Assembly (NCBI GenBank): GCA_046484285.1
Contig: JAWOBP010000088.1
Coordinates: forward strand, 726 to 64,725
Direction of reading: 5' to 3'
Source: Polyangia bacterium
GTDB lineage: Bacteria; Myxococcota_A; Polyangia; JAAYKL01
Length of the DNA: 64,000 nucleotides
This document shows, piece after piece, positions 1 through 11,048 of the stretch (the first letter of the stretch is position 1; the number at the start of each line of letters is the position of its first letter). The notes below the pieces were generated by a model that was not told the origin of the DNA, did not search any database, and worked only from the letters and a program-made list of their open reading frames with translations. The translations under genes and the position numbers were made by a program.

Positions 1-1187
1 CGCAGGCGTTCGGATCGGCTGCGATCCGAGCTGTAATCGGAAAAGATCTCCTCTCCGTCGATGTCGGGCGCGAACTCCCGCGCCAACAACACCGCCGCGT
101 TCTGCAGGAAGCTGCCCAGAGTCGCGGTGGCTCGCGAGATCTCCCGGCTCATGTCGGCCGCCTCGACGACGTCGGGCAGGGCCGGCAGCTGCTGCTCGTA
201 GACCTTGCGCGTCTCCAACGCCAGCTGGTTCCCCATCGAGCCGAGCAGCTCGCGCAGAGACTTGAGCATCTCGAAGCTGTTGCGCAAGCGCGGGTAGCGT
301 TCGTTCAAAGAGACGGGCTCCGCCGTCTCGTAGAGCTTGCCGAAGCCGTCCGCGATCCAGCTCGCCGCGTCTCGACGCAGGAAGATCGCGAGCGCCCGAG
401 AGTCGGATCGCAAAAGAGAGAGGAAGGCCAGCAGCGGACCGCGATCCCCTTCCGCCCGCGCCTCGCGAGAGACCAGATCGAGATACTTCATCAGGCGGAA
501 CAGGGCCAGGAAGGACAGCGCCGCGACTCGCCGGGCCGGATCGATCCGAATCCCGGATATCACCTCGAGCACGGCGACGTTCTGGATGCGGTCGAACTCG
601 CTGCTGAACTCGAGCGAAGCGAGCGGATCGAAGTAGACCGAGCGATGGACCTCGCGCTGCACGAGACGAATCACCGACTGGAAGAGCTGATAGGAGACAG
701 AAGCGATGCGCGACAGACCGCTCGCCACCTCGTGAAGGTTCTCTATCGCCGCGACGAGAAGGGCCAGGCTCTGCTCCGGCGTATCCTGGCGCAACGATTC
801 CTTGGCGATCTGGATCCGCGCGTGATCCTGGACCAGCACGCTCTCCAGGTAGCGCTGGAAGAGGTAGCTCTTCTCCTCTTCTCCGCTCAGCTTTCGTCCC
901 TCCTCGACGATCACCTCGAGAACCTGCCGGATCGCCGCCATCTCGGCTCCGAACTCGCGAGCGACGACCGGCTCGGCGCGTCGCGGAGGCCCCGGGTGGT
1001 TGACCGGGTTACCGAAGCAGACCAGTCCCTTGAGCAGCATCTCGAAGCGGAAGACCGTCCGCTCCTTGTGCTCCCAGGGCAACTCCTCGAACCACGCGGA
1101 GCGCGTCTCGGCCTGCTCGCGACGCAACCAGCGGGAACCCTCCACGAACTCGGTGTAGTAGTCCCGGCCCCGCAGCGGCAGCGGCAT
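1..1187 (-). CDS. hypothetical protein (C-terminus runs off the left edge)
   Basis: Missing from the ORF track because it has no stop inside the window. Reverse-strand reading from the ATG at 1185-1187 gives MPLPLRGRDYYTEFVEGSRWLRREQ... and stays open to base 1 with G/C-rich third positions. It lies 9 nt downstream of the ruvB stop on the same strand. Confidence 0.55.
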   Translation of the reverse strand, partial: MPLPLRGRDYYTEFVEGSRWLRREQAETRSAWFEELPWEHKERTVFRFEMLLKGLVCFGNPVNHPGPPRRAEPVVAREFGAEMAAIRQVLEVIVEEGRKLSGEEEKSYLFQRYLESVLVQDHARIQIAKESLRQDTPEQSLALLVAAIENLHEVASGLSRIASVSYQLFQSVIRLVQREVHRSVYFDPLASLEFSSEFDRIQNVAVLEVISGIRIDPARRVAALSFLALFRLMKYLDLVSREARAEGDRGPLLAFLSLLRSDSRALAIFLRRDAASWIADGFGKLYETAEPVSLNERYPRLRNSFEMLKSLRELLGSMGNQLALETRKVYEQQLPALPDVVEAADMSREISRATATLGSFLQNAAVLLAREFAPDIDGEEIFSDYSSDRSRSERL

Positions 1188-1195
1188 CGCCTGGC

Positions 1196-2230
<1,035 letters not shown>

Positions 2231-2344
2231 CGCTGTGAGAATACAGCCCGTTGGATGGCGGAACAAGGACCGCTCTCAGTCCAGGATCCACCATCGAATC
2301 CGAGCAGCGACGGGCGAATCCCGAAGCTCGATGATGGATCCTGG

Positions 2345-2926
2345 TCAGTCGCGCAGCAGCCCCAGCGACTGGCGTAGCAGATCCTCGAACGGCCTTTCTC
2401 CGGAGTCGTCCCCCAGCTCGCCGATCGTGCGATCGACGTGCCCCGGCTTGAAGCCCAGGTTGACCAGCGCCGCGCGAAGCTCGGCCAAGACGCCTCCGGC
2501 CTGCGAAGCGACGCTCTCGCCGCCCAGCTCGAGCTTGCCGCCCAGCTCGAGGACTATCCGTTCCGCGGTCTTCTTGCCGATCCCCGGAATGGCGGTCAGG
2601 CGACGCGTGTCGGCGGATTCGACCACGCGGGCCAGATCTCCGCCGGTAAGAGCACCGAGCACGGCCAGCGCGACGCGGGGGCCGACCCCTCCGACCTTGA
2701 GCATGGTGCGGAAGGCCGCGCGGTCCGACCTGGAGTTGAAGCCGAACAGCCGCAGCTCCTCTTCCCGAACGTGGGTGTGAATCCAAAGGGAGATCTCCCG
2801 CCCCACGGGCGGAAGCGCGGCCAGCGTGCCCAGCGGGAGCGAGACATCGTAACCGACTCCGCCCACGTCGATCACCGCGCCGTTGGAGCTCTTGTCCGAT
2901 ATCTTTCCTCGCAGCGAGCCGATCAT
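2345..2926 (-). CDS. ruvA: Holliday junction DNA-binding protein RuvA
   Basis: MIGSLRGKI...VIDVGGVGYDV...IPGIGKKTAERIVLEL (HhH motifs) is typical of RuvA. It sits immediately upstream of ruvB. The start is taken at the internal ATG, residue 13 of the track ORF. Confidence 0.9.
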   Translation of the reverse strand: MIGSLRGKISDKSSNGAVIDVGGVGYDVSLPLGTLAALPPVGREISLWIHTHVREEELRLFGFNSRSDRAAFRTMLKVGGVGPRVALAVLGALTGGDLARVVESADTRRLTAIPGIGKKTAERIVLELGGKLELGGESVASQAGGVLAELRAALVNLGFKPGHVDRTIGELGDDSGERPFEDLLRQSLGLLRD

Positions 2927-3051
2927 GGATTCGACAATACCGCCCCCGGCCGCTGTCGGCAACGCTCCTCTCCCCGTGTCTTGCGAGATCCGGGCCGCTG
3001 TGCTATCGATTGCCGCCTTGCGGGCGCCGCGAGGCGCAAAGAGGTGCGATC

Positions 3052-3387
3052 ATGAAACAGACTCCGCTGGCCGAGATCAAGGAACGCTTCGGCTCCAAGG
3101 ACGAGCTGGTCAAGGAGCTGAAAAAACTCTTCGACAAGGGAAACCTGTTCGAAAACAGGCTCAGCGCGGACAAGGGGCTTGCCCACGTCTCCAACGCCAA
3201 GCTGCTAAAGCTCTACGACGTGGCGATGGAGGTCAAGGAGCGCTTCTCCACCCGCGACAAGCTGATCGACGACCTGCTCAGGACTCTCGGACGCGTCAAG
3301 GACGAAGGCCTGCGCGCCCGCTACGAGAGATGGGGGCTGCCCAGGCTCTGGGATCACTACAAGGGGGAGACCCGCAAGCGAGCCTGA
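3052..3387 (+). CDS. small conserved hypothetical protein (111 aa, Lys/Glu-rich)
   Basis: Starts at the internal ATG (MKQTPLAEIKERFGSKDELVKELKK...) of track ORF 3010..3387. The composition looks coding, unlike the Arg/Pro-rich shadow ORFs. I recognise no family. Confidence 0.55.
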   Translation: MKQTPLAEIKERFGSKDELVKELKKLFDKGNLFENRLSADKGLAHVSNAKLLKLYDVAMEVKERFSTRDKLIDDLLRTLGRVKDEGLRARYERWGLPRLWDHYKGETRKRA

Positions 3388-3459
3388 TTCCCCTTTCGGT
3401 TCTCTGCTCGCTTTTCCTGGATCTGCCGTAGACTGGAGGGCCTGGCCCGAGGTTGGAGC

Positions 3460-4830
3460 TCAGTTGAACGGGGCGGGGCTGATCTTGGTCTTGAGCATCA
3501 TGAAGTCGATCGACATCGTGCCCTTGGCCGTCTCGCAGCTGGAACCCTGGCAGGGATCGGCGATCTCCTCGATGTAGAGCGTGCCGCTGCTCGCCACGGC
3601 CATGATGTAGGCCTCCTCGATGTTGTTGGGCTGCAACATCTTGCCGTGCAGCTCGTAGAGAACCGCGTCGAACGCTTCCGGATCTTCTTCCAGATCCAGC
3701 TCGGTGTCGGCGGTGAAGTTCTCGAACGGGATGCTGACGACCAGCAGCCTGCTGATCGGATTGAGAAATCCTCCGGGGACCAGGAACTGGATCAGCACCT
3801 CCTCGGTGTTGTCCCACAGCCCGGCGTCCGGGCCCGCGTCCGGATCGACCGGCGTGCCGTCCGTGATCTGGTGACCGCTGCCGGTGGTGAATCCGGCCTC
3901 CAGGCAATTCCAGCTCTCGGCCAGCGGGAATGCATGCTGGTCCGCGCTCTGGGCGTCGCTGCCGTAAGGAACTATGTTCACCTCCCAGCGCGCCTTGAAC
4001 TGACCCTGCGCCACGCAGGCCAGCTCCGTGCCGCTTTCGTCGAACGGCACGCAGGCGCTGGCGCTACCCTGGCAGTAGCACTCCTCCGGGTAGTTGCAGG
4101 GCGGGACCGCGCTCGTATCCGTATCAGCGTCGGTATCGGTGTCCGTGTCGGTATCGGTGTCCGTGTCGGTATCCGTATCCGTGTCGGTATCCATGTCGGT
4201 GTCCGTGTCCGTGTCTGTATCCGTGTCGGTGTCGGTGTCCGTGTCCGTGTCTGTATCCGTGTCGGTGTCCGAGTCGGTATCGGTGTCCGTGTCGGTATCA
4301 GTGTCGGTGTCGGTGTCTGTATCCGTGTCGGCATCCGTGGCCGAATCGGTGTCGCGCCACTTGTCCGGACCGCTGTCGACGCTGGCGTCGGGGCCGGCGT
4401 CCGGCTCGACGAACGGCTCGTCGGAGCACTCGTCGAAGCAGTAGTTGTTGACCACGCCCTGGGGAATACCGGTGGTCTGCCACCACTGCTGACCGCAAAC
4501 CTGACCGTCGGGACAGTCGTTGACGCCGATGATGCACTCGCCGTTGGAGCTGGGCATCGGGTCGCTGCAATCCAGATCTATCTGGAGGAAAGGATCTTCT
4601 CCCGTACCGGTATCGGTGTCTGTGTCTGTGTCTGTGTCGGTATCGGTGTCCGCGTCGGTGTCCGCGTCGGTGTCCGCGTCGGTATCCGCGTCCGCATCAG
4701 TGTCGGCGTCCGCGTCGGTCGAAGCGTCCGGACCGCCGTCCCCGCTGTCGTCGTCGTCGCTGCAGCCGAACGCGACGGCGGCTGTCAACGCAGCGGCGAG
4801 CATGAAAATCGAAAAACGCCAACCATTCAT
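3460..4830 (-). CDS. lipoprotein with two long Asp-Thr/Asp-Ala repeat linkers and Cys-rich modules
   Basis: Signal peptide with lipobox MNGWRFSIFMLAAALTAAVAFGC. This is followed by (DADT/DT)n, a Cys-rich block, a second (DT)n run of about 75 residues, and a globular C-terminal domain. Confidence 0.7.
   Translation of the reverse strand: MNGWRFSIFMLAAALTAAVAFGCSDDDDSGDGGPDASTDADADTDADADTDADTDADTDADTDTDTDTDTDTDTGTGEDPFLQIDLDCSDPMPSSNGECIIGVNDCPDGQVCGQQWWQTTGIPQGVVNNYCFDECSDEPFVEPDAGPDASVDSGPDKWRDTDSATDADTDTDTDTDTDTDTDTDTDSDTDTDTDTDTDTDTDTDTDTDTDTDMDTDTDTDTDTDTDTDTDTDTDADTDTSAVPPCNYPEECYCQGSASACVPFDESGTELACVAQGQFKARWEVNIVPYGSDAQSADQHAFPLAESWNCLEAGFTTGSGHQITDGTPVDPDAGPDAGLWDNTEEVLIQFLVPGGFLNPISRLLVVSIPFENFTADTELDLEEDPEAFDAVLYELHGKMLQPNNIEEAYIMAVASSGTLYIEEIADPCQGSSCETAKGTMSIDFMMLKTKISPAPFN
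4114..4354. repeat. imperfect 6-nt tandem repeat (gtatcc/gtgtcg units) encoding (Asp-Thr)n
   Basis: Periodic gtcggt/gtccgt/atccgt hexamers are visible across about 240 nt inside CDS 3460..4830. Confidence 0.9.
4611..4719. repeat. imperfect 6/12-nt tandem repeat encoding (Asp-Ala/Asp-Thr)n
   Basis: Runs of gtgtcc/gcgtcg/gtatcg units inside CDS 3460..4830. Confidence 0.85.
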
Positions 4831-4942
4831 GACAACACCTCTTTCTCCAAGAAGGCTTTCGAGCCCTGTCTTCATTTTTCTACTTTGCCGAATCTTTCTA
4901 ACCCAGGATCGACCCCAGGCGCAATCTCGTTTCTGACGAGTG

Positions 4943-5935
4943 CTACTTGGCGAGCTCGGCGGGATCGATCTCGGCGCGGAAACCGAGCATGTCGAGTTCG
5001 AGCGATCCCGTCGACTCCTCGCCGTCCATCCCGGAGGCGTGCGGCTCGAGAGCCGAGGTGAGCTCGAGCGTGCCCTCCATGCCGAAGGCCTCGTACCAGC
5101 CCGCCGTAATCGTCTGACCGGATAGCTGCATGCGCATCAAGGAGGCCGAGAAGTCCTGGGTCGTCTCGTTGAGCTCGAGCGTGCCCTCCTCCCAGTTCTC
5201 GCGGGGAATCAGGATCTGCAAGGCGAGCAGCTCGCTGCCGACCGTCCCCTGGAACATCAGGATGATGAAATCCCCTTCGACGGGATCGTTGTACTCCATG
5301 CCGACCGCCATGCCGACAGTGGCCTGGTAGTCCCCGACCGATAACTGGCAGTCGTTGCCCTGCGAGATATCGAACATGCCCGGCTCGTCTCCGGCCTGGA
5401 TAATCTCCGCGGACCACGAACTCGCAGTGGCCGTTCCCGTGGGCAGACAGGCCAGGATCGGATCCTCGCTGCCGGCGTCCGGTCCGGCATCCTGATCGCC
5501 GCCGCCCCCGGCCAGATCGATGCAGATCTGGCTTTCTTCGGGGCAGGAGTACTCGTCCTCGCCCTCCTCCACGCACTCGGCGTAGCAGTAATGCGTGATC
5601 AACGACTCGTCGTCGGGGAACATGTGGTGCCCGCAGACGTTGTCGCAGATACACTCCTGGTCGGGCAGGTAGCACTCGTCGCCCACTCCGGCCTCCGGAT
5701 CCGAGCAGTCCACGTCGCTGTCGCCGTCGGTATCCGCGTCGCTGTCCGCGTCGCTGTCCGCGTCGCTGTCCGCGTCGCTGTCCGCGTCGCTGTCCGCGTC
5801 GCTGTCCGCGTCGCTGTCCGCGTCGCTGTCCGCGTCGCTTCCGCCGTCGTCTTCCCCGACGCAGCCCGCCGGAGCCCAGGCGAGCGAGACGAGAAACAAG
5901 GCAATCAAACAGGTCATCGCGTTTTGGGTGAACAT
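4943..5935 (-). CDS. lipoprotein with (Asp-Ala-Asp-Ser)n repeat linker and Cys-rich module
   Basis: Signal peptide with lipobox LVSLAWAPAGC, then DADSDADS... x8, then a Cys-rich block (CSDPEAGVGDECYLPDQECICDNVCG). The start could also be the internal Met at 5917. Confidence 0.7.
   Translation of the reverse strand: MFTQNAMTCLIALFLVSLAWAPAGCVGEDDGGSDADSDADSDADSDADSDADSDADSDADSDADSDADTDGDSDVDCSDPEAGVGDECYLPDQECICDNVCGHHMFPDDESLITHYCYAECVEEGEDEYSCPEESQICIDLAGGGGDQDAGPDAGSEDPILACLPTGTATASSWSAEIIQAGDEPGMFDISQGNDCQLSVGDYQATVGMAVGMEYNDPVEGDFIILMFQGTVGSELLALQILIPRENWEEGTLELNETTQDFSASLMRMQLSGQTITAGWYEAFGMEGTLELTSALEPHASGMDGEESTGSLELDMLGFRAEIDPAELAK
5736..5831. repeat. perfect 12-bp tandem repeat (gcgtcgctgtcc) x8
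   Basis: Eight identical head-to-tail 12-mers, counted directly from 5736 to 5831, followed by a degenerate ninth copy. They encode (DADS)8 on the minus strand. Confidence 0.95.
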
Positions 5936-6111
5936 TTGATTCGTCCTCCGTCTTTGCTGTCAGGCGCCAGGATCGGCTCGACCGATACCTTCACCCATGA
6001 GGTCTACGTACTCTCTTGCCGAATAATACACGAAAAAGTCGTTGTCCACGGAGAATTGTTTTTTCGGGCGTACTCCGCTCAGCGGTCGGCCTCGACCTCG
6101 GACGACCCGAC

Positions 6112-6139
6112 TTGAACAATCCCCAAACGAGTCTACATT
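6112..6139 (+). promoter_or_regulatory. candidate sigma-70-type promoter for the YjbQ-like gene
   Basis: TTGAAC (6112-6117), a 16-nt spacer, then TACATT (6134-6139). This lies about 30 nt upstream of ATG 6169, which has the RBS AAGGAGG at 6155-6161. Confidence 0.35.
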
Positions 6140-6168
6140 CGTTTTCGTTTGGACAAGGAGGCAACGAG

Positions 6169-6588
6169 ATGAAATCGCACCGAGAGGAGCTCTGGTTCGA
6201 AACCCCCGGACGCCGGGACTACATCAACATCACCCCCCGCGTGGAGGAAGCGCTCGAAAAAAGCGGCGTGCGGGAGGGCCTGGTGTTGGTCAACGCGATG
6301 CACATCACGGCCAGCGTCTACATCAACGACGACGAAGGGGGTCTGCTCCAGGACTACGACGAATGGCTCGAGGGGCTGGCGCCGCACGAGCCGACGAGCC
6401 GCTACCGCCACAACCGCACCGGCGAGGACAACGGCGACGCCCACCTCAAGCGCCAGCTGATGGGCCGCGAGGTGATGGTGGCGATCACCGAGGGAAAGCT
6501 CGATCTCGGTCCTTGGGAGCAGATCTTCTACGGCGAATTCGACGGGCGGCGTCGCAAGCGGGTGCTGATCAAGATCATCGGCGAGTAG
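6169..6588 (+). CDS. YjbQ/UPF0047 family protein (secondary thiamine-phosphate synthase-like)
   Basis: [29 protein letters not shown]...[15 protein letters not shown]...NGDAHLKR...[17 protein letters not shown] is a full-length YjbQ-like pattern. A strong RBS precedes the start. Confidence 0.85.
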   Translation: MKSHREELWFETPGRRDYINITPRVEEALEKSGVREGLVLVNAMHITASVYINDDEGGLLQDYDEWLEGLAPHEPTSRYRHNRTGEDNGDAHLKRQLMGREVMVAITEGKLDLGPWEQIFYGEFDGRRRKRVLIKIIGE

Positions 6589-8782
6589 ATCTGTCGAGCA
6601 GCTCTCGTACCGCTTCGGCCAGCCTTCCCTTGGCCAGCGGCTTGCCCAGAAAAGCCGCCACTCCGGCACGGCGAGCGCTGTCCAGATCCTCCGGAGAGGC
6701 GTTACCAGAAACCAGAACCACCGGCAGCTCGGGTTCCACCTCGCGCAGACCCGCCGCCAGCTCGATGCCGGTCATCCCCGGCATCCGAAGATCGACGATC
6801 GCCAGGTCGAACGCCTCGGCTCTCTGGCGAAAAACCGACAGCGCCTCGGAAGGCGAGGTGAAACCGGCAAAGCTGTACCCCAGCGATTCCAAAAGCCGTC
6901 TTCCCATGCGCACCATCTGTTGCTTGTCGTCCACGAACAGGATCTTCTCGTCGCCCCGCACCGCCGGCAGGTCGGCCTCCGACTCCTCGGCGCTCTCGCT
7001 GCCAGCCTCGGGAATGTAGACGCTGAAAACCGAGCCGCGACCCGGCTCGCTCTCGACAGCGAGTCGGCCTCCATGCCCCTCTACGATACGAACGGCCGTG
7101 GCCAGGCCCAGCCCGGTTCCGCCCGAGCCGCCGCGGGTTGTGAAGAACGGCTCGAAGATGCGGTCCATCGTCTCGGCCGAAATCCCCTCGCCTTCGTCGC
7201 ACACCTCCAGCAGCCCGTAGCCGCCCGGCTCCAGATCCGGAGGGCATTCGCCGTCCTCGCGCGAAACGCGCCGCAGCGAGACCTTCAGCTCGCCTCCGCT
7301 CCGGGCCATCGCCTGGCAGGCGTTGGTGCAGAGGTTCATCACGACCTGGTGCAACTGCGCCGCGTCTCCGTAAACGAAAATCTCCCGACCCGCTCCGTCG
7401 AAATCCAGCGAGACTCCCGGTGGCAGCGACACCTCGACCAATCGCAGTGTCTCGCGCGCCAAGGAGGAGAGATCCAGCCTGCGCGGCTCGATATCGGCGC
7501 CGTGACCGAAATCGAGCAGGTGGCGGACGATATCGCGCCCGCGTCCCGCGGCGATCAAGATCTCCTCGACGTCCTCCCGGTTGGGGTGCTCCTCGTCGAG
7601 ATCGTCGCGAGCCGCCGACGCGAATCCGACGATCGCGGCCAACAGGTTGTTGAAATCGTGGGCGATGCCTCCCGCCATCGCTCCGATCACCTCCATCTTC
7701 TGCGCCTCGCGCAGCTCGCGGGCGCGCTCGGCGACCCTTTCTTCCAGCTCGTCCCTCGAGCGGCGCAGCACCTCCTCGAAGCGCCGTCGCTCGGTCAGGT
7801 CGTGAATCGTGACCACGGATCCGAACTCGATCCCCCGGCGCCGCGTGGCGGTCTTCGAGATCGACAGCACGCGCCCTTGTTCCGATCCGTCTCGGCCGAC
7901 CTTTACCTCGTGCAGATCGACTCCCTCCGGGCGACCGGCGAGCAACTCCTCCAGCGCGGACGCCGCGTCGTCGCCTTCGTCCAGATCGAGCAGCTCGCGC
8001 GCGGCCCGGTTCGCCCGCCGGGCCGTGCCCTGCCGATCGAGCAGCACCACTCCGTCTCTCAGCCCCTCGAACAGCTCCTCGACGGCCTGGCCCACCGAGA
8101 CCGAGAGGAAGCCGTGGCGCAGCACGGCCAGGTCGAGGAAAGGCAGCAGCAAGACGGCCGAGCAGGACGCCAGCCGCGGCACCGGGCCGATTCCGGGAAT
8201 CGAGGGCAGCACCACGTTGATCATCACCGCCGCGCCGAAAGTCGCAACGCCGCCCGCCGCGATCAGCTTCAACGAGCGCTCGAAGGTGCGTCCCCTGGAA
8301 GCTCCAGAGACGCGCGCGTGCCGCACCATCATCCAGATGGCGCCCACCGCGTGGAAGAACGGAACGCCGACGAAGATCGGGTAGGCCGGACCCGGCTCGC
8401 CGACGACGCCCCAGGCGTGCCTCGTGTATCCGGTCAGCCCCAGATCCGTTCCTATATACGCGACCACGCCCAGCGCGGCCAGTGCCAGCGAAAGCCAGTA
8501 CAACCAGTCCCGAGCCTTGCCGGTGAGGCGGTAGACGAAGTTGAGGAACCAGAAAACGGACGGAATCCAGAAGATCGAGGCGAGCCTCCAGATCAGCAGC
8601 TCCCTGCCCCGGGAAGCCTCCAAAAAGAAGGTGAACTCCAGGGCGACCCAGCCGATCAGGTTGAGCAGGAAGAGCCTGAGATCGCGGTTGAGCTTCTCGG
8701 TGCGGTTGCGGGCGTACAGCAGCCCGTAGGTGACCAGGTACGAGACGAAGGCGACCACGTGGACGAAAAAGAAAAGCTCCAC
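6575..8782 (-). CDS. hybrid sensor histidine kinase (7TM sensor, PAS, HisKA, HATPase_c, receiver)
   Basis: Multi-pass hydrophobic N-terminus, H-box [12 protein letters not shown]-boxes (DEGEGI, GTGLGL) and a C-terminal receiver (LFVDDKQ...DLRMPGMTG). The start is set at GTG 8782 because the track ORF otherwise overlaps the upstream paralogue, which stops at 8788. The start is uncertain. Confidence 0.85.
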   Translation of the reverse strand: MELFFFVHVVAFVSYLVTYGLLYARNRTEKLNRDLRLFLLNLIGWVALEFTFFLEASRGRELLIWRLASIFWIPSVFWFLNFVYRLTGKARDWLYWLSLALAALGVVAYIGTDLGLTGYTRHAWGVVGEPGPAYPIFVGVPFFHAVGAIWMMVRHARVSGASRGRTFERSLKLIAAGGVATFGAAVMINVVLPSIPGIGPVPRLASCSAVLLLPFLDLAVLRHGFLSVSVGQAVEELFEGLRDGVVLLDRQGTARRANRAARELLDLDEGDDAASALEELLAGRPEGVDLHEVKVGRDGSEQGRVLSISKTATRRRGIEFGSVVTIHDLTERRRFEEVLRRSRDELEERVAERARELREAQKMEVIGAMAGGIAHDFNNLLAAIVGFASAARDDLDEEHPNREDVEEILIAAGRGRDIVRHLLDFGHGADIEPRRLDLSSLARETLRLVEVSLPPGVSLDFDGAGREIFVYGDAAQLHQVVMNLCTNACQAMARSGGELKVSLRRVSREDGECPPDLEPGGYGLLEVCDEGEGISAETMDRIFEPFFTTRGGSGGTGLGLATAVRIVEGHGGRLAVESEPGRGSVFSVYIPEAGSESAEESEADLPAVRGDEKILFVDDKQQMVRMGRRLLESLGYSFAGFTSPSEALSVFRQRAEAFDLAIVDLRMPGMTGIELAAGLREVEPELPVVLVSGNASPEDLDSARRAGVAAFLGKPLAKGRLAEAVRELLDRSTRR

Positions 8783-8787
8783 CGCGC

Positions 8788-10965
8788 TCAGCCTCCCTTC
8801 CCCGCCGCATCCAAAAGGCGGCGCACCGCCGCGGCGAGCGCGGCGCGGTCCAGGGGTTTGGGCACGAAGTCGCGGATCTCGGACAGCTCGTCGCCCTCGG
8901 CGACCGTTTTTTCGGCCAGCAGGATCACCGGCAGATCGGCGCGAAGCGAACGCAGCCTCTCGCACAGCTCGAGACCGGTCATCTCAGGCATCACCTGGTC
9001 GGTGATCACGAGATCGAACGCGGCGGGATCTCTCCGCACCGCGTCGTGAGCGTCGTGCGGCCGCGAGAGCGGGGTCACCGAGTAGCCGAGCGGCTCCAGC
9101 ATCCGCCGGCAGAGCCGTCCCACCTGCGCGTGATCGTCGACCACCAGGATCCGCTCGCGGCCCTCGAAACCGCCGAGATCTGCATCATCCACGTCGAACC
9201 GCGGCAGGAGCAGCTCGAAGCTCGATCCCTTTCCCGGCTCGCTTTGCGCGCGGATGTCGCCGCCGTGATCGCGAACGATCCGCTTGACCAGCGCCAACCC
9301 CAGCCCGCTGTTCTCCCGGCGCGTGGTGAACAACGGTTCGAAGGCGCGCCGCAGCACCTCCGGCTGCATTCCGACGCCGTCGTCGCGCACCTCGATCCGG
9401 ACGTACCTGCCCGGGTCGAACGACTCGCGCCGCTCGGAGCTCTCGCGATCTAACTCGACTATCCCCGTCTCGACGCGAATCTCTCCGCGCCCGCGGATCG
9501 CCTCGCGGGCGTTGGTGCAGAGGTTGATCACCGCTTGCTGGATCTGGGAGGCGTCGCCCAGCACGCGCGCTCCGCCGTCGCGAAGATCCGTGCTCACCGA
9601 GACATCGGGCGGCAGCGATACCTCCAGCAGCTTGACCGCGTCCTCGACCACGCGTCCCACCTCCAGCGTCTGGTGCGAGGGACGCTCGCGCCTGCCGAAG
9701 GCCAGCATCTGCTCGACAGTGTCGCGCGCTCTGCTCGCGGCCGCGAGCACCTCCTCGATATCGGCTCGTACCTGGCTCTCCTCGGGCAAATCATCCCGCG
9801 CCGAGACCGCGAAGCCGAGGATCGCGGCCAGCAGGTTGTTGAAGTCGTGAGCGATTCCGCCCGCCAGAACGCCGATCGCCTCCAGCTCCTGGGCCTGCTC
9901 CAGCTCCTCGGTCCGACAGCGGACCTCGCCTTCCAGCTCGTCCCGCGTGCGCCGCAGCACCCGCTCGGCCCGCTGCTGCTCGGTAACGTCTCTGAGCACC
10001 ACGATCAGCCCGGTGTCGATTCCGCCGCGCTGCTGCCTCGAGCCCGAGACGAGCAGCTCCCTGCGCTCGCCGCGCCGTTCGACCGGGACGATCCTGTTCT
10101 CGCCGTCGATCCCGTCTCCCAGCTCGAGCAGCAGATCCTCGGCGTCCAGTTCGGCGTCCTTGGCACCCGCGGTCGCCAGCATCCTGCGGGCGGCGCGGTT
10201 CATTCGCCGCACCCGGCCGTCCACGTCGGCCAGCACGATCCCGTCTCCCAGGTCCTCGAACAGCTCCTCCGCCGCCTGCTCCACGGTGATGGTCAAAAAA
10301 CGATAGCGCGAAACAGCGATGAAGATGACCAGCACGAAGACCGACATCGTGGCCGAGCCGAGCCTGGGGAAATCGACGATCCCGAACAGGTCGGGCAAGG
10401 CGATGTTGAGCACGAACACGCCGCCCAGCGTCAACACGCCGCCGCCAATCACCAGTCTCAGCGGCCTGCGGACCTCGATGCCGCGCGACGCGCGCAGTCC
10501 CCTTGCCACCAACCACAGACCCCAGAGGCTCGAGCAGATCGGAACCAGGCAGACCAATAGGTGCCAGAGGGAATCGTGCACGTCCGCCACGCCCCAGTCG
10601 TACCTCTGGTGACCGAACAGGACCGTCCCGCTGCACAGGTCGAACGCCGCCGCCGCCGCGGTCGACGCCAGCGCGATCCAGTAGACCGAGTCGCGCCTGC
10701 GGCCCACCAGCTGGTAAGCGAAGTGCATGAACAAAAAGCCGATCGGCACCCACAGTGGAATGGTCGCGCGCAGGACCACCTCTTCGTGGCTCCGCATCGC
10801 CGGCACGTACAACAGCAGCTCCAGACCGACCCAGCCGGCGCTGGCGCCGGCGAACAGCAAAAAAGCGCGACTGACCGGTTCGCGGTCGCGCTGGCCGAAG
10901 ACGAACGCCCAGACGAAGACGTTCGTCAGCCAGGCCAGCAGGAGCAGCAGTGGTGTGAAGACCAT
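8788..10965 (-). CDS. hybrid sensor histidine kinase (7TM sensor, PAS, HisKA, HATPase_c, receiver), paralogue of 6575..8782
   Basis: Same architecture as its neighbour: H-box [11 protein letters not shown], HATPase motifs (DDGVGM, NSGLGLAL) and a receiver (LVVDDHA...DQVMPEMTG). Confidence 0.9.
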   Translation of the reverse strand: MVFTPLLLLLAWLTNVFVWAFVFGQRDREPVSRAFLLFAGASAGWVGLELLLYVPAMRSHEEVVLRATIPLWVPIGFLFMHFAYQLVGRRRDSVYWIALASTAAAAAFDLCSGTVLFGHQRYDWGVADVHDSLWHLLVCLVPICSSLWGLWLVARGLRASRGIEVRRPLRLVIGGGVLTLGGVFVLNIALPDLFGIVDFPRLGSATMSVFVLVIFIAVSRYRFLTITVEQAAEELFEDLGDGIVLADVDGRVRRMNRAARRMLATAGAKDAELDAEDLLLELGDGIDGENRIVPVERRGERRELLVSGSRQQRGGIDTGLIVVLRDVTEQQRAERVLRRTRDELEGEVRCRTEELEQAQELEAIGVLAGGIAHDFNNLLAAILGFAVSARDDLPEESQVRADIEEVLAAASRARDTVEQMLAFGRRERPSHQTLEVGRVVEDAVKLLEVSLPPDVSVSTDLRDGGARVLGDASQIQQAVINLCTNAREAIRGRGEIRVETGIVELDRESSERRESFDPGRYVRIEVRDDGVGMQPEVLRRAFEPLFTTRRENSGLGLALVKRIVRDHGGDIRAQSEPGKGSSFELLLPRFDVDDADLGGFEGRERILVVDDHAQVGRLCRRMLEPLGYSVTPLSRPHDAHDAVRRDPAAFDLVITDQVMPEMTGLELCERLRSLRADLPVILLAEKTVAEGDELSEIRDFVPKPLDRAALAAAVRRLLDAAGKGG

Positions 10966-11048
10966 CTGAGAGGAACTCTACGCCAAGACGATTTTCCGGG
11001 CCACCTCGCGTTTGCGGATCAGGACATCGCCGGGTAGGTTTCCAATCC

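Noticed and set aside
4114-4354. Short-period direct repeats (also at 4611-4719, 5736-5831, 12781-12930, 54806-54913, 55441-55569 and 55687-55758), considered as possible CRISPR or non-coding arrays.
   Set aside because: The units are 6-12 nt with no spacers. They are in frame and encode Asp-rich linkers inside lipoprotein genes, so they are not CRISPR arrays.
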